Virus record (IMG/VR): IMGVR_UViG_3300010052_000211
Span: 1-48,505 of that record
DNA: 48,505 nt
Strand: one strand, 5' to 3'
Source: a virus
Lineage: Duplodnaviria; Caudoviricetes
Shown piece after piece: positions 37,180-46,176 of this stretch; within the stretch, counting starts at the first letter, position 1, and the number at the start of each line of letters is the position of its first letter. The notes beneath the pieces are model-generated. The model was not told the origin of the DNA and did no database searches. It saw nothing but the letters and a program-made list of their open reading frames with translations. The translations under genes and the position numbers were made by a program.

Positions 37180-39348
37180 ATGATTCGATCTGCCTCGCGG
37201 CTTCTTGCCGCAGCGCTCTCGCTTTGCCTTGTCGTGCCGGCTTTGGCCCAGGTGCAGCCCGGACAGTCGCCGCTGTCCATCAGCAAGGGCGGCACGGGCC
37301 GCGCGAGCCTGACGCCAAATGCGTTGCTCTTCGGCAATGGCACATCACCCGTCCAGATGTACGGTTGCACTGGCTTCCTCGTCGGAACCGGTACGGGGGC
37401 TGCTCCGACTTGCCGCGCGATTGTGGGCACGGATTTGCCAAACCCTTCGACCTCATCGCTGGGTGGTGTGCAAAGCAAGACCTGTTCCGCCAGCCAGTGG
37501 ATCAACACGATTTCCACCACCGGTGTTCCGGCGTGCACGCAACCTGCCGCAGGGGACCTTTCGGGAGGTCAAGCCGTCACCAGCGCCAATGACACCAATG
37601 TCACGGTGACGCTGGGCGGCACGCCGGCGTCAGCCGCCCTGAAGGCGTTTTCCATGACCATGGGCTGGAGCGGTCAACTCGCGGTCGGTCGGGGTGGCAC
37701 CGGGCTTTCGGCCGGCACGTCAGGCGGTATCCCATACTTCAGCAGTGCATCGGTCATGGCGTCGTCTGGCGCATTGACACAATACGGCGTCGTGCTGGGC
37801 GGAGGCGCGGGGGGCGCGCCGACGTCGACGGCCAAGGGCAGCGCCGCGCAAATATTGATCGGCCAAACCGCTGCGCCGACCTGGAACGACATGACCGGCG
37901 ACGTCACGATCAGCGCATCTGGCGTGACGGCGATCGGCACCAACAAGGTCACGAACGCGCAGATGCGGCCGGCCGGGGCGCTGTCGCTGATCGGCCGATC
38001 GGCCAACTCGGCAGGCAATGTCGCTGATATCTCGGCCACGGCCGCGAGCGATTGCGTCTATCGGGAGAGCGGGTCAGCGCTGGGGTGCGGCACGGTTGCC
38101 ACGGCGGGAATTGCCAACAGCGCGGTGACGAATGCCAAGCTCGCCAGCATGGCGAACAACACGTTCAAAGGGAACGTGTCTGGCAGTACGGCTACGCCGT
38201 CCGACCTCACTGCAACCCAGGTTACCGCAGCGCTCAACGGATGCGTCGGTGACGGCGGCTCAGGTGGGACGAAAGGTCTGGCGCCGGCGCCTGGAGCCGG
38301 CGATGCCGCCGCCGGGAAGTTTTTGAAAGCGGACTGCACATGGGCCGCGCCGGCCGGCGGCGGCGGCGGGGGCATGACCGCGACCGAGCGGCAGAATTTC
38401 GCGCTGTCGATAATTTATCAGTCGAAATCTATGGCCGAGTATCGCCGACTGGTCGGTATGTTTGCGACTGGTTTTAAGGGTGCGAACGACACACTGAATG
38501 GCGTCAATTCCGTCGCGAGCACCGGCTATTCCCCCGACTCTACGAATGGTCGATACTCGCCATCGACAACGCCCGGTAGCAACCAAATCCCACTAATGAC
38601 GGCGGCGACGACATCCGGCGTCACGATGTCGGCGGACTCGGAATTCAGTGGGTCGTTCCCGGCGTGGCAGGCGGGCAACCGCAACGCTAGTGATTTCTGG
38701 TCATCCACATCGACTGCCTTTCCGCATTGGCTGAAGGCGGACTTCGGGACCGGCAAGACCATAGCGAGCTATACCATCCAAGTCCGTTCGGACGGCTCGA
38801 ACGCTCCCGCCGCGTGGACTTTTGAGTGCTCGAACGACAATTCGAGCTGGTCGACCATGGACACCCAGTCTGGGCAGACCTGGACCGGCGGGCAGCTCAA
38901 GACCTTCAATATCGCGTCGCCCGCGAGCTGTCGTTACTACCGCATCAATGTTAGTTCTGGCAGCGACCCGAGCACGCTCCAGATTGCCGAAGTCACCATG
39001 TTGACGGCGTCTGTCGCCAACAACATGACGTTGATCACGACTGCTCAGACCACGGATGCGTCGGTCACCAACAATCGTATCCTCATTGAATATGACGACA
39101 CATGTGGAGGCTGCAACTCGGCGGCGCTCAACACCGATTTGACCGCTGAAGTGACCTGCAACGGCGGCACCAATTGGGCGACCGCGACGCTGTCGGCCGT
39201 GACCTCTTATTCCGGGACGTCGACGCAGCGGAAGGTTGCTGAGACGTCCGACACCGCATGCACGTCGGGCACGTCGTTTGCCGCACGCATCAAGACGCTC
39301 AACAGCAAGTTTTTCTACATCCACGGCGTTTCGAACACGGTGCACTAA
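37180..39348 (+). CDS. Tail-fibre-like protein with Sec signal peptide and discoidin (F5/8-C) domain
   Basis: Signal MIRSASRLLAAALSLCLVVPALA|Q; fibre motifs 'GGTG', 'AVTNAKLA', 'GLAPAPGAGD..KFLKAD'; discoidin 'PHWLKADFG...P.AWTFE.SND...RYYRINV'. Confidence 0.75.
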   Translation: MIRSASRLLAAALSLCLVVPALAQVQPGQSPLSISKGGTGRASLTPNALLFGNGTSPVQMYGCTGFLVGTGTGAAPTCRAIVGTDLPNPSTSSLGGVQSKTCSASQWINTISTTGVPACTQPAAGDLSGGQAVTSANDTNVTVTLGGTPASAALKAFSMTMGWSGQLAVGRGGTGLSAGTSGGIPYFSSASVMASSGALTQYGVVLGGGAGGAPTSTAKGSAAQILIGQTAAPTWNDMTGDVTISASGVTAIGTNKVTNAQMRPAGALSLIGRSANSAGNVADISATAASDCVYRESGSALGCGTVATAGIANSAVTNAKLASMANNTFKGNVSGSTATPSDLTATQVTAALNGCVGDGGSGGTKGLAPAPGAGDAAAGKFLKADCTWAAPAGGGGGGMTATERQNFALSIIYQSKSMAEYRRLVGMFATGFKGANDTLNGVNSVASTGYSPDSTNGRYSPSTTPGSNQIPLMTAATTSGVTMSADSEFSGSFPAWQAGNRNASDFWSSTSTAFPHWLKADFGTGKTIASYTIQVRSDGSNAPAAWTFECSNDNSSWSTMDTQSGQTWTGGQLKTFNIASPASCRYYRINVSSGSDPSTLQIAEVTMLTASVANNMTLITTAQTTDASVTNNRILIEYDDTCGGCNSAALNTDLTAEVTCNGGTNWATATLSAVTSYSGTSTQRKVAETSDTACTSGTSFAARIKTLNSKFFYIHGVSNTVH

Positions 39349-39349
39349 C

Positions 39350-40717
39350 ATGCAATCACAATGGACGCTTCTGAGCGGCGCGATTCCGATTCCGACGGGT
39401 GACGGAATGAGTTCGTGCGTCTTGGATGGCAAGATGTATTCGGTCGGCGGTTGGCAAGCAAACGGTGTCAGCAACAATCGCGTGTTCAGAACCGCCGACG
39501 GCACGAATTGGTCGGAGAGCGAAGTCGCGAGAACGTGGTCCGGGCGGCATACGGCTCCGGTCATCGTGAGCGGCGGAAAGATGCGTGTGATCGGTGGCGA
39601 CATCGATACGGGCGAGTACGATCCGAACTGTCATTCCTGGGATGGTCTCGAAACCTCGCCATGGGTCGCGGAGCCGAGCTTTGCCCCGTTGAATCGGATC
39701 GGCCACTGGGCGCTGGGCGACTTCGGCGGTTATGACTGGTTCGGCGGCGGCCAGACTATGACGCCTGCCAGTCCGGCTCCGACGGAGTTCTTCACGGATC
39801 GCTGGCGGCGGCTGGCCGGCTCGACCGATGCGTGGCAGCTCTACGATGGCGACAGCGCGATCGGTGCGCGCGGCTTCATCTGTGGCGCGCCGCCGGTGAT
39901 TGACGGCGAGGCGTTCTTCATCGGCGGCGGCACCTATCAGACTTCAGACTATCCGGATCGGCTGCACCGCAACGACATCATGGTCATGGGCTCGGATTTC
40001 AGGATCCGCTGCGCCAGCCCCAAGAACCAGATGCCGGGGATGATCTTCCACTCGGTCGCCGAGCTGAACGGCGCGCTGGTCATCGTCGCTGGCCATGACG
40101 GCTCGAACCAGAAGGCCGTGTGGGCCTCGTTCGACAAGGGCAAAACCTTGGTGAGGCTGTCTGACTTCCCGGGCGCCGCCACCCATGCCGGCACGCTGCA
40201 GAAGTTCAACGGCGCGCTCTACTTCTGGGGCGGCCTCGAGACCGGCCAAAACTGCTGGTGCCTGGAGATGGTGGATGAAAGCAAGGTCCACTACGGCGCC
40301 GCGCCGAACGGCACGACCAACATGGGTGTGACCTACACGATCGCCGATCGTTCGCAGGCTCTCGTGCCGGGCAAAACGGTCGCATCTGTCGGTCTGCATT
40401 GTGCCTACGCACATGCCGGCGTGCGCGCGAAGATCGTTCGCGAGAACAGCCCGACCAATTATGACGTAGTGTTCAACGGCCCTGCATCCAATCACGCTGG
40501 CGGCGGCTGGCGCGATTTCCCGGTGGGGTTCGTTGTGCCGAATGATGGGGCGACCTATCGGGTGGCATTCTCGTTCGCCTACACGCCGAGCCAGCCCGAC
40601 TCCTACGCGTATGGTAGCGACACCCGGGCCAACGTTGCGGGGGATGCATCAGGCAACGGCATCGCCATGTTCGTGACGAACGATGGCACGTTCCCGATGC
40701 GGTGGACGGAGGCTTAG
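39350..40717 (+). CDS. Kelch-like beta-propeller protein with C-terminal beta-sandwich
   Basis: Repeated 'G.MY.VGG / MRVIGG / WFGGG / FFIGGG / YFWGG' blades; start coupled to the fibre gene. Confidence 0.7.
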   Translation: MQSQWTLLSGAIPIPTGDGMSSCVLDGKMYSVGGWQANGVSNNRVFRTADGTNWSESEVARTWSGRHTAPVIVSGGKMRVIGGDIDTGEYDPNCHSWDGLETSPWVAEPSFAPLNRIGHWALGDFGGYDWFGGGQTMTPASPAPTEFFTDRWRRLAGSTDAWQLYDGDSAIGARGFICGAPPVIDGEAFFIGGGTYQTSDYPDRLHRNDIMVMGSDFRIRCASPKNQMPGMIFHSVAELNGALVIVAGHDGSNQKAVWASFDKGKTLVRLSDFPGAATHAGTLQKFNGALYFWGGLETGQNCWCLEMVDESKVHYGAAPNGTTNMGVTYTIADRSQALVPGKTVASVGLHCAYAHAGVRAKIVRENSPTNYDVVFNGPASNHAGGGWRDFPVGFVVPNDGATYRVAFSFAYTPSQPDSYAYGSDTRANVAGDASGNGIAMFVTNDGTFPMRWTEA

Positions 40718-41592
40718 AGCCGCGGCATGGGCCGCAGGTTCGGATATCCGCCGCGGGCTGCGGCCGAGGTGTAGGTTTTCACCCCGGTCGTGTCAGACAG
40801 CGTCGGGTCGTAGCGATAGTCATACCCGCGCATGATGAGCGTGTAGGTGACGTCGCCCGACAGATTGACCGTCGAGGTGTGCGGCAGGTTTTGGTGGAAG
40901 AACGCTGCCGTATTCGCGGGCAGGTCGCACATGTAGTCCTCGAACTCGGCGATGTCGTCTTCCGGGATCTGGAGCTGATGGAAGAAATCAGCCTCGGATA
41001 CCTCGTTCGACTCCTTCGCGTTGAAGCCGGTGTACTCCACGAACTGGTGCGGCTTCTTGTGGCCGCCGAGCTTGACGATCATTGCGCCATTGTTCTCGGC
41101 TTTGTCGCGGATCACCGGCATCCAGAAATTGTAGAAGTTTCGGCGCTGCGGGTAGTAGTGCTCCTCAGAGTGGAATTTGTAGAGGCGCGTCTCGTTCTTT
41201 GGCAAATTGATCAAGATGCCATCCATGTGGATTTTGAGCAGCGAAGCGGGGCAACCCAGCGCCTCAGAAGAGATCCGGAGGAATTCAGGGTTGCACATCA
41301 GCTCGTTGGCCGCCGGCGTCTCGCGCAACGACTGAACGATAAAGTCGAGCGCGGCCTTGCTGGTCGAGTTGATGCGCGTCACAAGGTCATCGATCGCTTG
41401 TGGGGTAGGGGTGTTCTCGTCGATCTCCACGGCATTGACGAGACGGAGCTTGAAAGCCTGGACCAGTAAGCGGTGGTAGAAGGTCGTAACGAACGCGTCG
41501 ACGTCCTCCTTCGGAAAGACGTCCGCAAAGATCGAGATGCCGGCGTTGTCGTAGCTCAGGTTTCGTTTTACCCCATCGCTATGTTTCTGCAT
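40714..41592 (-). CDS. PhyH-like 2-oxoglutarate/Fe(II) dioxygenase (moron)
   Basis: 'FHSEEHYY...NFWMP...NGAM...GGHK...FFHQNLPHTS.VN'. Confidence 0.75.
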   Translation of the reverse strand: MQKHSDGVKRNLSYDNAGISIFADVFPKEDVDAFVTTFYHRLLVQAFKLRLVNAVEIDENTPTPQAIDDLVTRINSTSKAALDFIVQSLRETPAANELMCNPEFLRISSEALGCPASLLKIHMDGILINLPKNETRLYKFHSEEHYYPQRRNFYNFWMPVIRDKAENNGAMIVKLGGHKKPHQFVEYTGFNAKESNEVSEADFFHQLQIPEDDIAEFEDYMCDLPANTAAFFHQNLPHTSTVNLSGDVTYTLIMRGYDYRYDPTLSDTTGVKTYTSAAARGGYPNLRPMPRL

Positions 41593-41717
41593 GGCGTCCC
41601 CCTATGACGATTATCGAAAAGGTTGTTTATTTTAATTTATACACCCTGTTTTGGCTGGGTTCAATCTTGCGGAACTTGGACGAATGTACAATGCTGCCAG
41701 GGGGTTAAAGGTGATTG

Positions 41718-42473
41718 ATGGCGCAGAAGATTGGTGTTGAGACCGGGTCGTCCGGCGAAGAGTTGGATCGGCGATCGCAGTTCCGGAAGGATTTCCGCGA
41801 AGTGCCGATGGGCGAAGCGGAGTTGATGAGCAACCTTGGGCTGTTCATCCGGCGCCAGAGCCTGGCGCGCATGTTGTTCATGAACGAGATCTACAAGCTC
41901 ATTTTAGACACGCCCGGCGTGATCATGGAGTTCGGTATCTGCTATGGCCAGAACATGGCGCTGTTCGCTAACCTGCGCGGACTGTACGAGCCGTTCAACC
42001 ATCATCGGAAGATCATTGGCTTCGATACGTTCACCGGCTTCCCGTCGGTCGACGAGAAAGACGGCAACGCGCCCGGCATGGAAGTCTCGACCTATTCGAC
42101 GGGCAAAGAATACAAGGCCTATCTGGAACGCATCCTCTCGTATCATGAGAGCGAGAGCCCGATTGCGCACAAAAAGAAGTTCGAGCTGATCGAGGGCGAT
42201 GCGTGTGAGACGGTGCCGGCCTATCTCGGCGCTCATCCGGAGACGATTGTAGCGCTCGCCTATTTCGACTTCGACATCTACAAGCCGACCGAAGTAGCAC
42301 TGCGCGCGATCATGCCACGCCTCACGAAGGGTAGCGTCATCGGTTTTGATGAACTGAATCAGGAAAGCTTCCCCGGCGAGACTGTCGCCCTGCAGGAAGT
42401 CCTTGGCTCGCTCAACATTCGGCTTCGACGGCTGCGGATCACCGCAGATCCAGCGTTCTATGTCGTCGAATAG
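41718..42473 (+). CDS. TylF/MycF-like class I SAM O-methyltransferase (moron)
   Basis: 'PGVIMEFG...GFDTFTGFP...EGDA..TVP...YFDFDIYKPT...FDE...PGE'. Confidence 0.8.
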   Translation: MAQKIGVETGSSGEELDRRSQFRKDFREVPMGEAELMSNLGLFIRRQSLARMLFMNEIYKLILDTPGVIMEFGICYGQNMALFANLRGLYEPFNHHRKIIGFDTFTGFPSVDEKDGNAPGMEVSTYSTGKEYKAYLERILSYHESESPIAHKKKFELIEGDACETVPAYLGAHPETIVALAYFDFDIYKPTEVALRAIMPRLTKGSVIGFDELNQESFPGETVALQEVLGSLNIRLRRLRITADPAFYVVE

Positions 42474-42496
42474 ACGACGCTGACAGACTGAGAAAC

Positions 42497-42522
42497 AGCC
42501 GCCTCCGGGCGGCTTTTTCTTT
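42497..42522 (+). terminator. Intrinsic terminator
   Basis: AGCCGCC-tccg-GGCGGCT followed by TTTTCTTT. Confidence 0.8.
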
Positions 42523-42569
42523 GCCATAGGGCAGGGCGGCTAGACCGCTAATCCAAAGGACAACCCGAC

Positions 42570-43079
42570 ATGCCAAACGCCGCTCCGGCGCGCGCTCCCG
42601 CGTGGCCCAAAGACACCATGGCCGCGAAGGTGGCCTTCTATGGCGACCCGCGCGGCCCGCATGGGGTCAACGAACGATGGTTCGCGGCGAACGTGGTCAA
42701 GGTCGTCCCGCCGTTCCGGATGACCTACGCGGGCAAGCCGATCAAGAGCATCGCGATCCATAAGAAGTGCGCCGATGCGCTGAGGGCCGCGCTCGATGCA
42801 ATCTGGGAAGCCTGCCACAAGAACCAGGGTCAGGTCGAAGCCTATGGGCTTCACGAATACGGCGGCTCGTTCAATTACCGTCTGATCCGCGGCTCGTCGA
42901 ACCTGTCCAATCATTCCTTCGCCATCGCGGTCGACATCGCGCCATCGGGAAATGCGCTCGGCGTAACCAAAGGCAAAATGCCGAAGTTCGCGGTCGATGC
43001 CTTCAAGGCTCAGGGCGCGCGCTGGGGCGGGGACTATTCCGGTCGCAAGGACTGGATGCATTTCGAGTTCGTCTCGTAA
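42570..43079 (+). CDS. Endolysin, M15 family peptidase
   Basis: 'SNHSFAIAVD' and 'WGGD...DWMHFE' Zn-binding motifs. Confidence 0.88.
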   Translation: MPNAAPARAPAWPKDTMAAKVAFYGDPRGPHGVNERWFAANVVKVVPPFRMTYAGKPIKSIAIHKKCADALRAALDAIWEACHKNQGQVEAYGLHEYGGSFNYRLIRGSSNLSNHSFAIAVDIAPSGNALGVTKGKMPKFAVDAFKAQGARWGGDYSGRKDWMHFEFVS

Positions 43080-43128
43080 CCGCCGCCCGGCGGCTCCGGG
43101 CAAATCCTCCCAACATCAAAGGTGAACT

Positions 43129-43338
43129 ATGTCGCTCAATACGAACCTGATTCATAACATCCTGAATATCGCGATGGTCGTCGTCGCCGGTCTCGCCGGT
43201 TTCGACTTTGCCGGGCTCGGCATTGATGCTGGCCTCGCCGCCAAGATCGTCGCCGCGCTCGGCACCGCCAAGGTGATCATCAACGTCCTGCGCGACGGTC
43301 TTGCCGGGCTCGTGAAGAACCAGCCGCCGGTCCAGTAA
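43129..43338 (+). CDS. Putative holin
   Basis: 69 aa with two hydrophobic segments; follows the endolysin. Confidence 0.55.
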   Translation: MSLNTNLIHNILNIAMVVVAGLAGFDFAGLGIDAGLAAKIVAALGTAKVIINVLRDGLAGLVKNQPPVQ

Positions 43339-43347
43339 GGCCGCGCC

Positions 43348-43593
43348 GTGGAAACCTTCCTCGCGATCCTGTCCGCGCTGCCAAAGCTGATCGCGCTGGT
43401 GCAGTTCGTCGCCAGCATGGTTCATGACGCAGAGCAGCGCGGGCTGGGTCGCAAGGAAGCAATCGCGGAAGCCCTGGAGGATGCTCACAAAGAGCTCGCC
43501 TGGGCTGATGCCGCCGGCCGCGAGGCCGACGACGACCACGCGAAGGTGGATGACGACACCGCCTTCGATCCCGCCTTCCAGCGAAAGGACTGA
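43348..43593 (+). CDS. Putative i-spanin (Rz-like)
   Basis: N-terminal hydrophobic anchor and helical charged tail; lysis cassette. Confidence 0.5.
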   Translation: METFLAILSALPKLIALVQFVASMVHDAEQRGLGRKEAIAEALEDAHKELAWADAAGREADDDHAKVDDDTAFDPAFQRKD

Positions 43594-43596
43594 CCG

Positions 43597-43788
43597 ATGC
43601 TCTGTATCGGCCTGCTTGTGATGTGGTGTCAGTCTGCGCAGCCGGCCGCGGTCACCGCCGGCGCTACGTTCTGTCAGGTGGCGAAGCCCGTCTATTGGGT
43701 GCCGGGCGACACCCGGAAGACGAAAGAGCAGGCCGATCGGCATAACCGCATCGGCAAGAAACTCTGCGGCTGGGGGGTGAAGAATTGA
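43597..43788 (+). CDS. Putative o-spanin (Rz1-like)
   Basis: Short hydrophobic leader with Cys; 'FC.VAKP..W...DT..T..Q...HN...CGW'; lipobox is atypical. Confidence 0.5.
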   Translation: MLCIGLLVMWCQSAQPAAVTAGATFCQVAKPVYWVPGDTRKTKEQADRHNRIGKKLCGWGVKN

Positions 43789-44147
43789 ACGAGGAAAGCC
43801 GCATCAATGTCGCTGGCCTCTCGCCGGGCGACGTCGCCCTTCTCAAGAGCGTCGCGGATGCTGCCGCCGAATCCGCGGTGAAGCGCATGTTCGTATCGAT
43901 GGGTCTTGATCCCGAAGACCCGATCAATGCCCAGGCGAACTTTAATTTCCTGCGCAACCTGAATGAACGTAACGACGACCCGGAGGCGCAGGCGGATGCC
44001 ATCTGGGTTCGCAAGGCGCGCCTTCGCAGCGAAGGCATGATCGGCAAGGCCGTCAGCGTCGCTGTCGGCGCTGCCGTGCTCAACTTGATCTATCTGGTCG
44101 GGAAGGGCGTGGCGTCGCTGCTGCCACCTCTTCCTCCACCTCACTAA
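43785..44147 (+). CDS. Hypothetical protein with C-terminal TM
   Basis: Coupled; single hydrophobic helix. Confidence 0.6.
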   Translation: MNEESRINVAGLSPGDVALLKSVADAAAESAVKRMFVSMGLDPEDPINAQANFNFLRNLNERNDDPEAQADAIWVRKARLRSEGMIGKAVSVAVGAAVLNLIYLVGKGVASLLPPLPPPH

Positions 44148-44172
44148 CCACCACCACAACCCGGAGATCTTC

Positions 44173-44583
44173 ATGACGCGCGCCATCCTTGGCGCGGTCG
44201 CTGTTGCATGCCTGGTGCTTGCGACGTCGGCCGCAGATGCAAAGCAACGCCGCCATCATCGCGCCTCCGCGTGTGATGGGATTCATCGCTGCAAATGCGG
44301 CTCGACGCAGGCGGCGTATTTCGGGCTGCCGCGAACCTACAAGGGCCACAATCTCTGGCAGGCGATCGGCTGGAAGCGCGCGTTTCCGCGCACATCGGCA
44401 GCGCCGGGGATGGTCGGTTATCAGCGCGGCGGCGGGCCGACTGGCCATGTCTTCCGCATCGTCAGCATCACCGGCGCCTGCCGCGCCACGGTTATCGACG
44501 ATCGCGGGCAGTATGAGCGCAATATCTGCGGGCGAGGTGCGGTGTTCGTGAACCCACGCGGTGCCTGGGCGAGCGCACAATGA
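44173..44583 (+). CDS. Secreted CHAP/NlpC-like protein
   Basis: Signal peptide (..TSAADA|K); 'CG...A..W...PGMV...GHV' Cys/His pattern. Confidence 0.5.
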   Translation: MTRAILGAVAVACLVLATSAADAKQRRHHRASACDGIHRCKCGSTQAAYFGLPRTYKGHNLWQAIGWKRAFPRTSAAPGMVGYQRGGGPTGHVFRIVSITGACRATVIDDRGQYERNICGRGAVFVNPRGAWASAQ

Positions 44584-44906
44584 AACGCCTCGTCGATCGG
44601 CATTTCATCATCGCTTGCTGGGGCGTCGGCGTCCCGGTGCTCATGCTGGCGATCTGGGCTGCCACACAAGCGCTCGCGCACACCGCACCCAAGGGCTGGG
44701 ATTACCCATGGGAATGCTGCCACGATCATGACTGTGCGGAGATCGCGGACAGTCGCGTCACCACGTCACCGGCCGGCTATGTGATCGACGGCCGCTTCAC
44801 CGTCCCGCAGTCTCAGGTCCGGCAAAGCCCTGATGGGAAGTATCACGCATGCTTCCCGAATCCGGAGAGGCTGCAGTGTTTCTTTGCGCCGCCGGCGGGG
44901 AGTTGA
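44580..44906 (+). CDS. Secreted Cys-rich hypothetical protein
   Basis: Signal ..QALA|H; 'YPWECC..HDC...SPDGKYHAC...CFF.P'. Confidence 0.6.
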   Translation: MKRLVDRHFIIACWGVGVPVLMLAIWAATQALAHTAPKGWDYPWECCHDHDCAEIADSRVTTSPAGYVIDGRFTVPQSQVRQSPDGKYHACFPNPERLQCFFAPPAGS

Positions 44907-44928
44907 CCCGGCCCGCAAGGGCCGGGTC
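44905..44928. terminator. Perfect hairpin between convergent genes
   Basis: GACCCGGCCC-GCAA-GGGCCGGGTC (10 bp, GNRA loop). Confidence 0.65.
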
Positions 44929-44935
44929 GTGCGCC

Positions 44936-45067
44936 TTACTGTGAGCCGGTCCGGACACGTTCCTTTTCGGTAGTGTCCGGATGCTTCTCAGCGTAGTCTT
45001 TCTTCACGAATTGACCATCTTTCGAGTCACGATAGACGGTCTTCTTAGGTTCGTTGCGCTGGCTCAT
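44936..45067 (-). CDS. 43-aa charged small protein (not in ORF track)
   Basis: MSQRNEPKKTVYRDSKDGQFVKKDYAEKHPDTTEKERVRTGSQ*; AAAGG RBS upstream. Confidence 0.7.
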   Translation of the reverse strand: MSQRNEPKKTVYRDSKDGQFVKKDYAEKHPDTTEKERVRTGSQ

Positions 45068-45367
45068 CGCAAGCCTTTCCGCGGCTGTTAACCGCACTGC
45101 AACCAGGCTTGACCGATAGATGCATACGTCGTTTAGTTGACGCGTTCACTACATCTTGCCCGCAGCCTGGTTAGGGTTTTTGCGGGACGGAAACTAAGGC
45201 CGCTTCGCCCTGGCAGGGGCTGGCGGTCTTTTCGTTTCCGCGACCGTTCCATTATAGCTCAATTTGAGCCGGAACCAACCTTGGATAGCGGTCGAATCTG
45301 AATCAAACCCTAAGTCTTGTGTCACCTGTGTGAAACACGGGGACAAGTCTGTAGAACTCGGCTGGGG

Positions 45368-45589
45368 CTATTCCCGAATCCGCAGGGGCTTCGCCGCGGC
45401 ATCGGGCCCCGGCACCTTGCCGTCGATCATGGCCCGGCCTGCCTCAAAAGCCTCATCTGGGGTCTTTGCCGCCTCTGTCGCTCCGAACCTCAACCCGTCC
45501 GGGTCATAAACCGTGACGATGAATCCGGCCTGCCGGGTGAGGTCCATCCGGTAGCTGTTGTGGGTCTTGGTCATCAGAACGTCGGTCAT
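45368..45589 (-). CDS. Hypothetical protein (SOS-box operon gene 3)
   Basis: Coupled to the upstream gene. Confidence 0.55.
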   Translation of the reverse strand: MTDVLMTKTHNSYRMDLTRQAGFIVTVYDPDGLRFGATEAAKTPDEAFEAGRAMIDGKVPGPDAAAKPLRIRE

Positions 45590-45792
45590 TCGTCGTCGCC
45601 GTTCTCGAATTTCACTTCCACGTCGCCATCTTCGATCATCTGCGCGACCACGTCTCCCCCGTGCAAAGGGCACCCCATATCGGCCTTATAAATCTCGGTG
45701 CCGGTATCCTGCGGCGTACAGGTGCAGCCTTTGGCCTTTGCCGCCGGCGAGCCCGGCGCCAGCATGAAGTCGGTCACTCGATCGGTCATCAA
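45586..45792 (-). CDS. Small Cys/His protein (SOS-box operon gene 2)
   Basis: 'PGSP.A..KGCTC...CPLHG'. Confidence 0.6.
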   Translation of the reverse strand: MMTDRVTDFMLAPGSPAAKAKGCTCTPQDTGTEIYKADMGCPLHGGDVVAQMIEDGDVEVKFENGDDE

Positions 45793-46157
45793 AAATTCTT
45801 CTTCGGCGTAAACATACCCCAGCGCTGGGCGATCATCCGTCCGGGATAGACCTTGAGCGCCGCAGCATAGGCACCGGCGGCCAGGTCCGCGCTTTCACAA
45901 TAGGCGATGACGCTCCCGGCATAGGACCCATGATACAGCACGACGGTATGCCCGAAATCCTCGCGTGTCGGCCACGCCGGCGGCCAGACGCGCGACAGGG
46001 CTGCCGCCACCTCCAGCGCCGTTTCGGGTCGCAGGTGCACCGTCTGGCCAGCCTCAGCGCGCGCCCTGATCCGCTCGATCAGATCGATGCGGCTTGCGTA
46101 GTCGCGCTCCTGGGTGAGGCGAAGTTCCGCTTTGCGGCGGTTCGGGTTGAAGGACAT
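45789..46157 (-). CDS. Hypothetical protein (SOS-box operon gene 1)
   Basis: ATG 46157, 19 nt downstream of the LexA box. Confidence 0.6.
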   Translation of the reverse strand: MSFNPNRRKAELRLTQERDYASRIDLIERIRARAEAGQTVHLRPETALEVAAALSRVWPPAWPTREDFGHTVVLYHGSYAGSVIAYCESADLAAGAYAAALKVYPGRMIAQRWGMFTPKKNF

Positions 46158-46176
46158 GGTGGCACGATAAGGGCCG

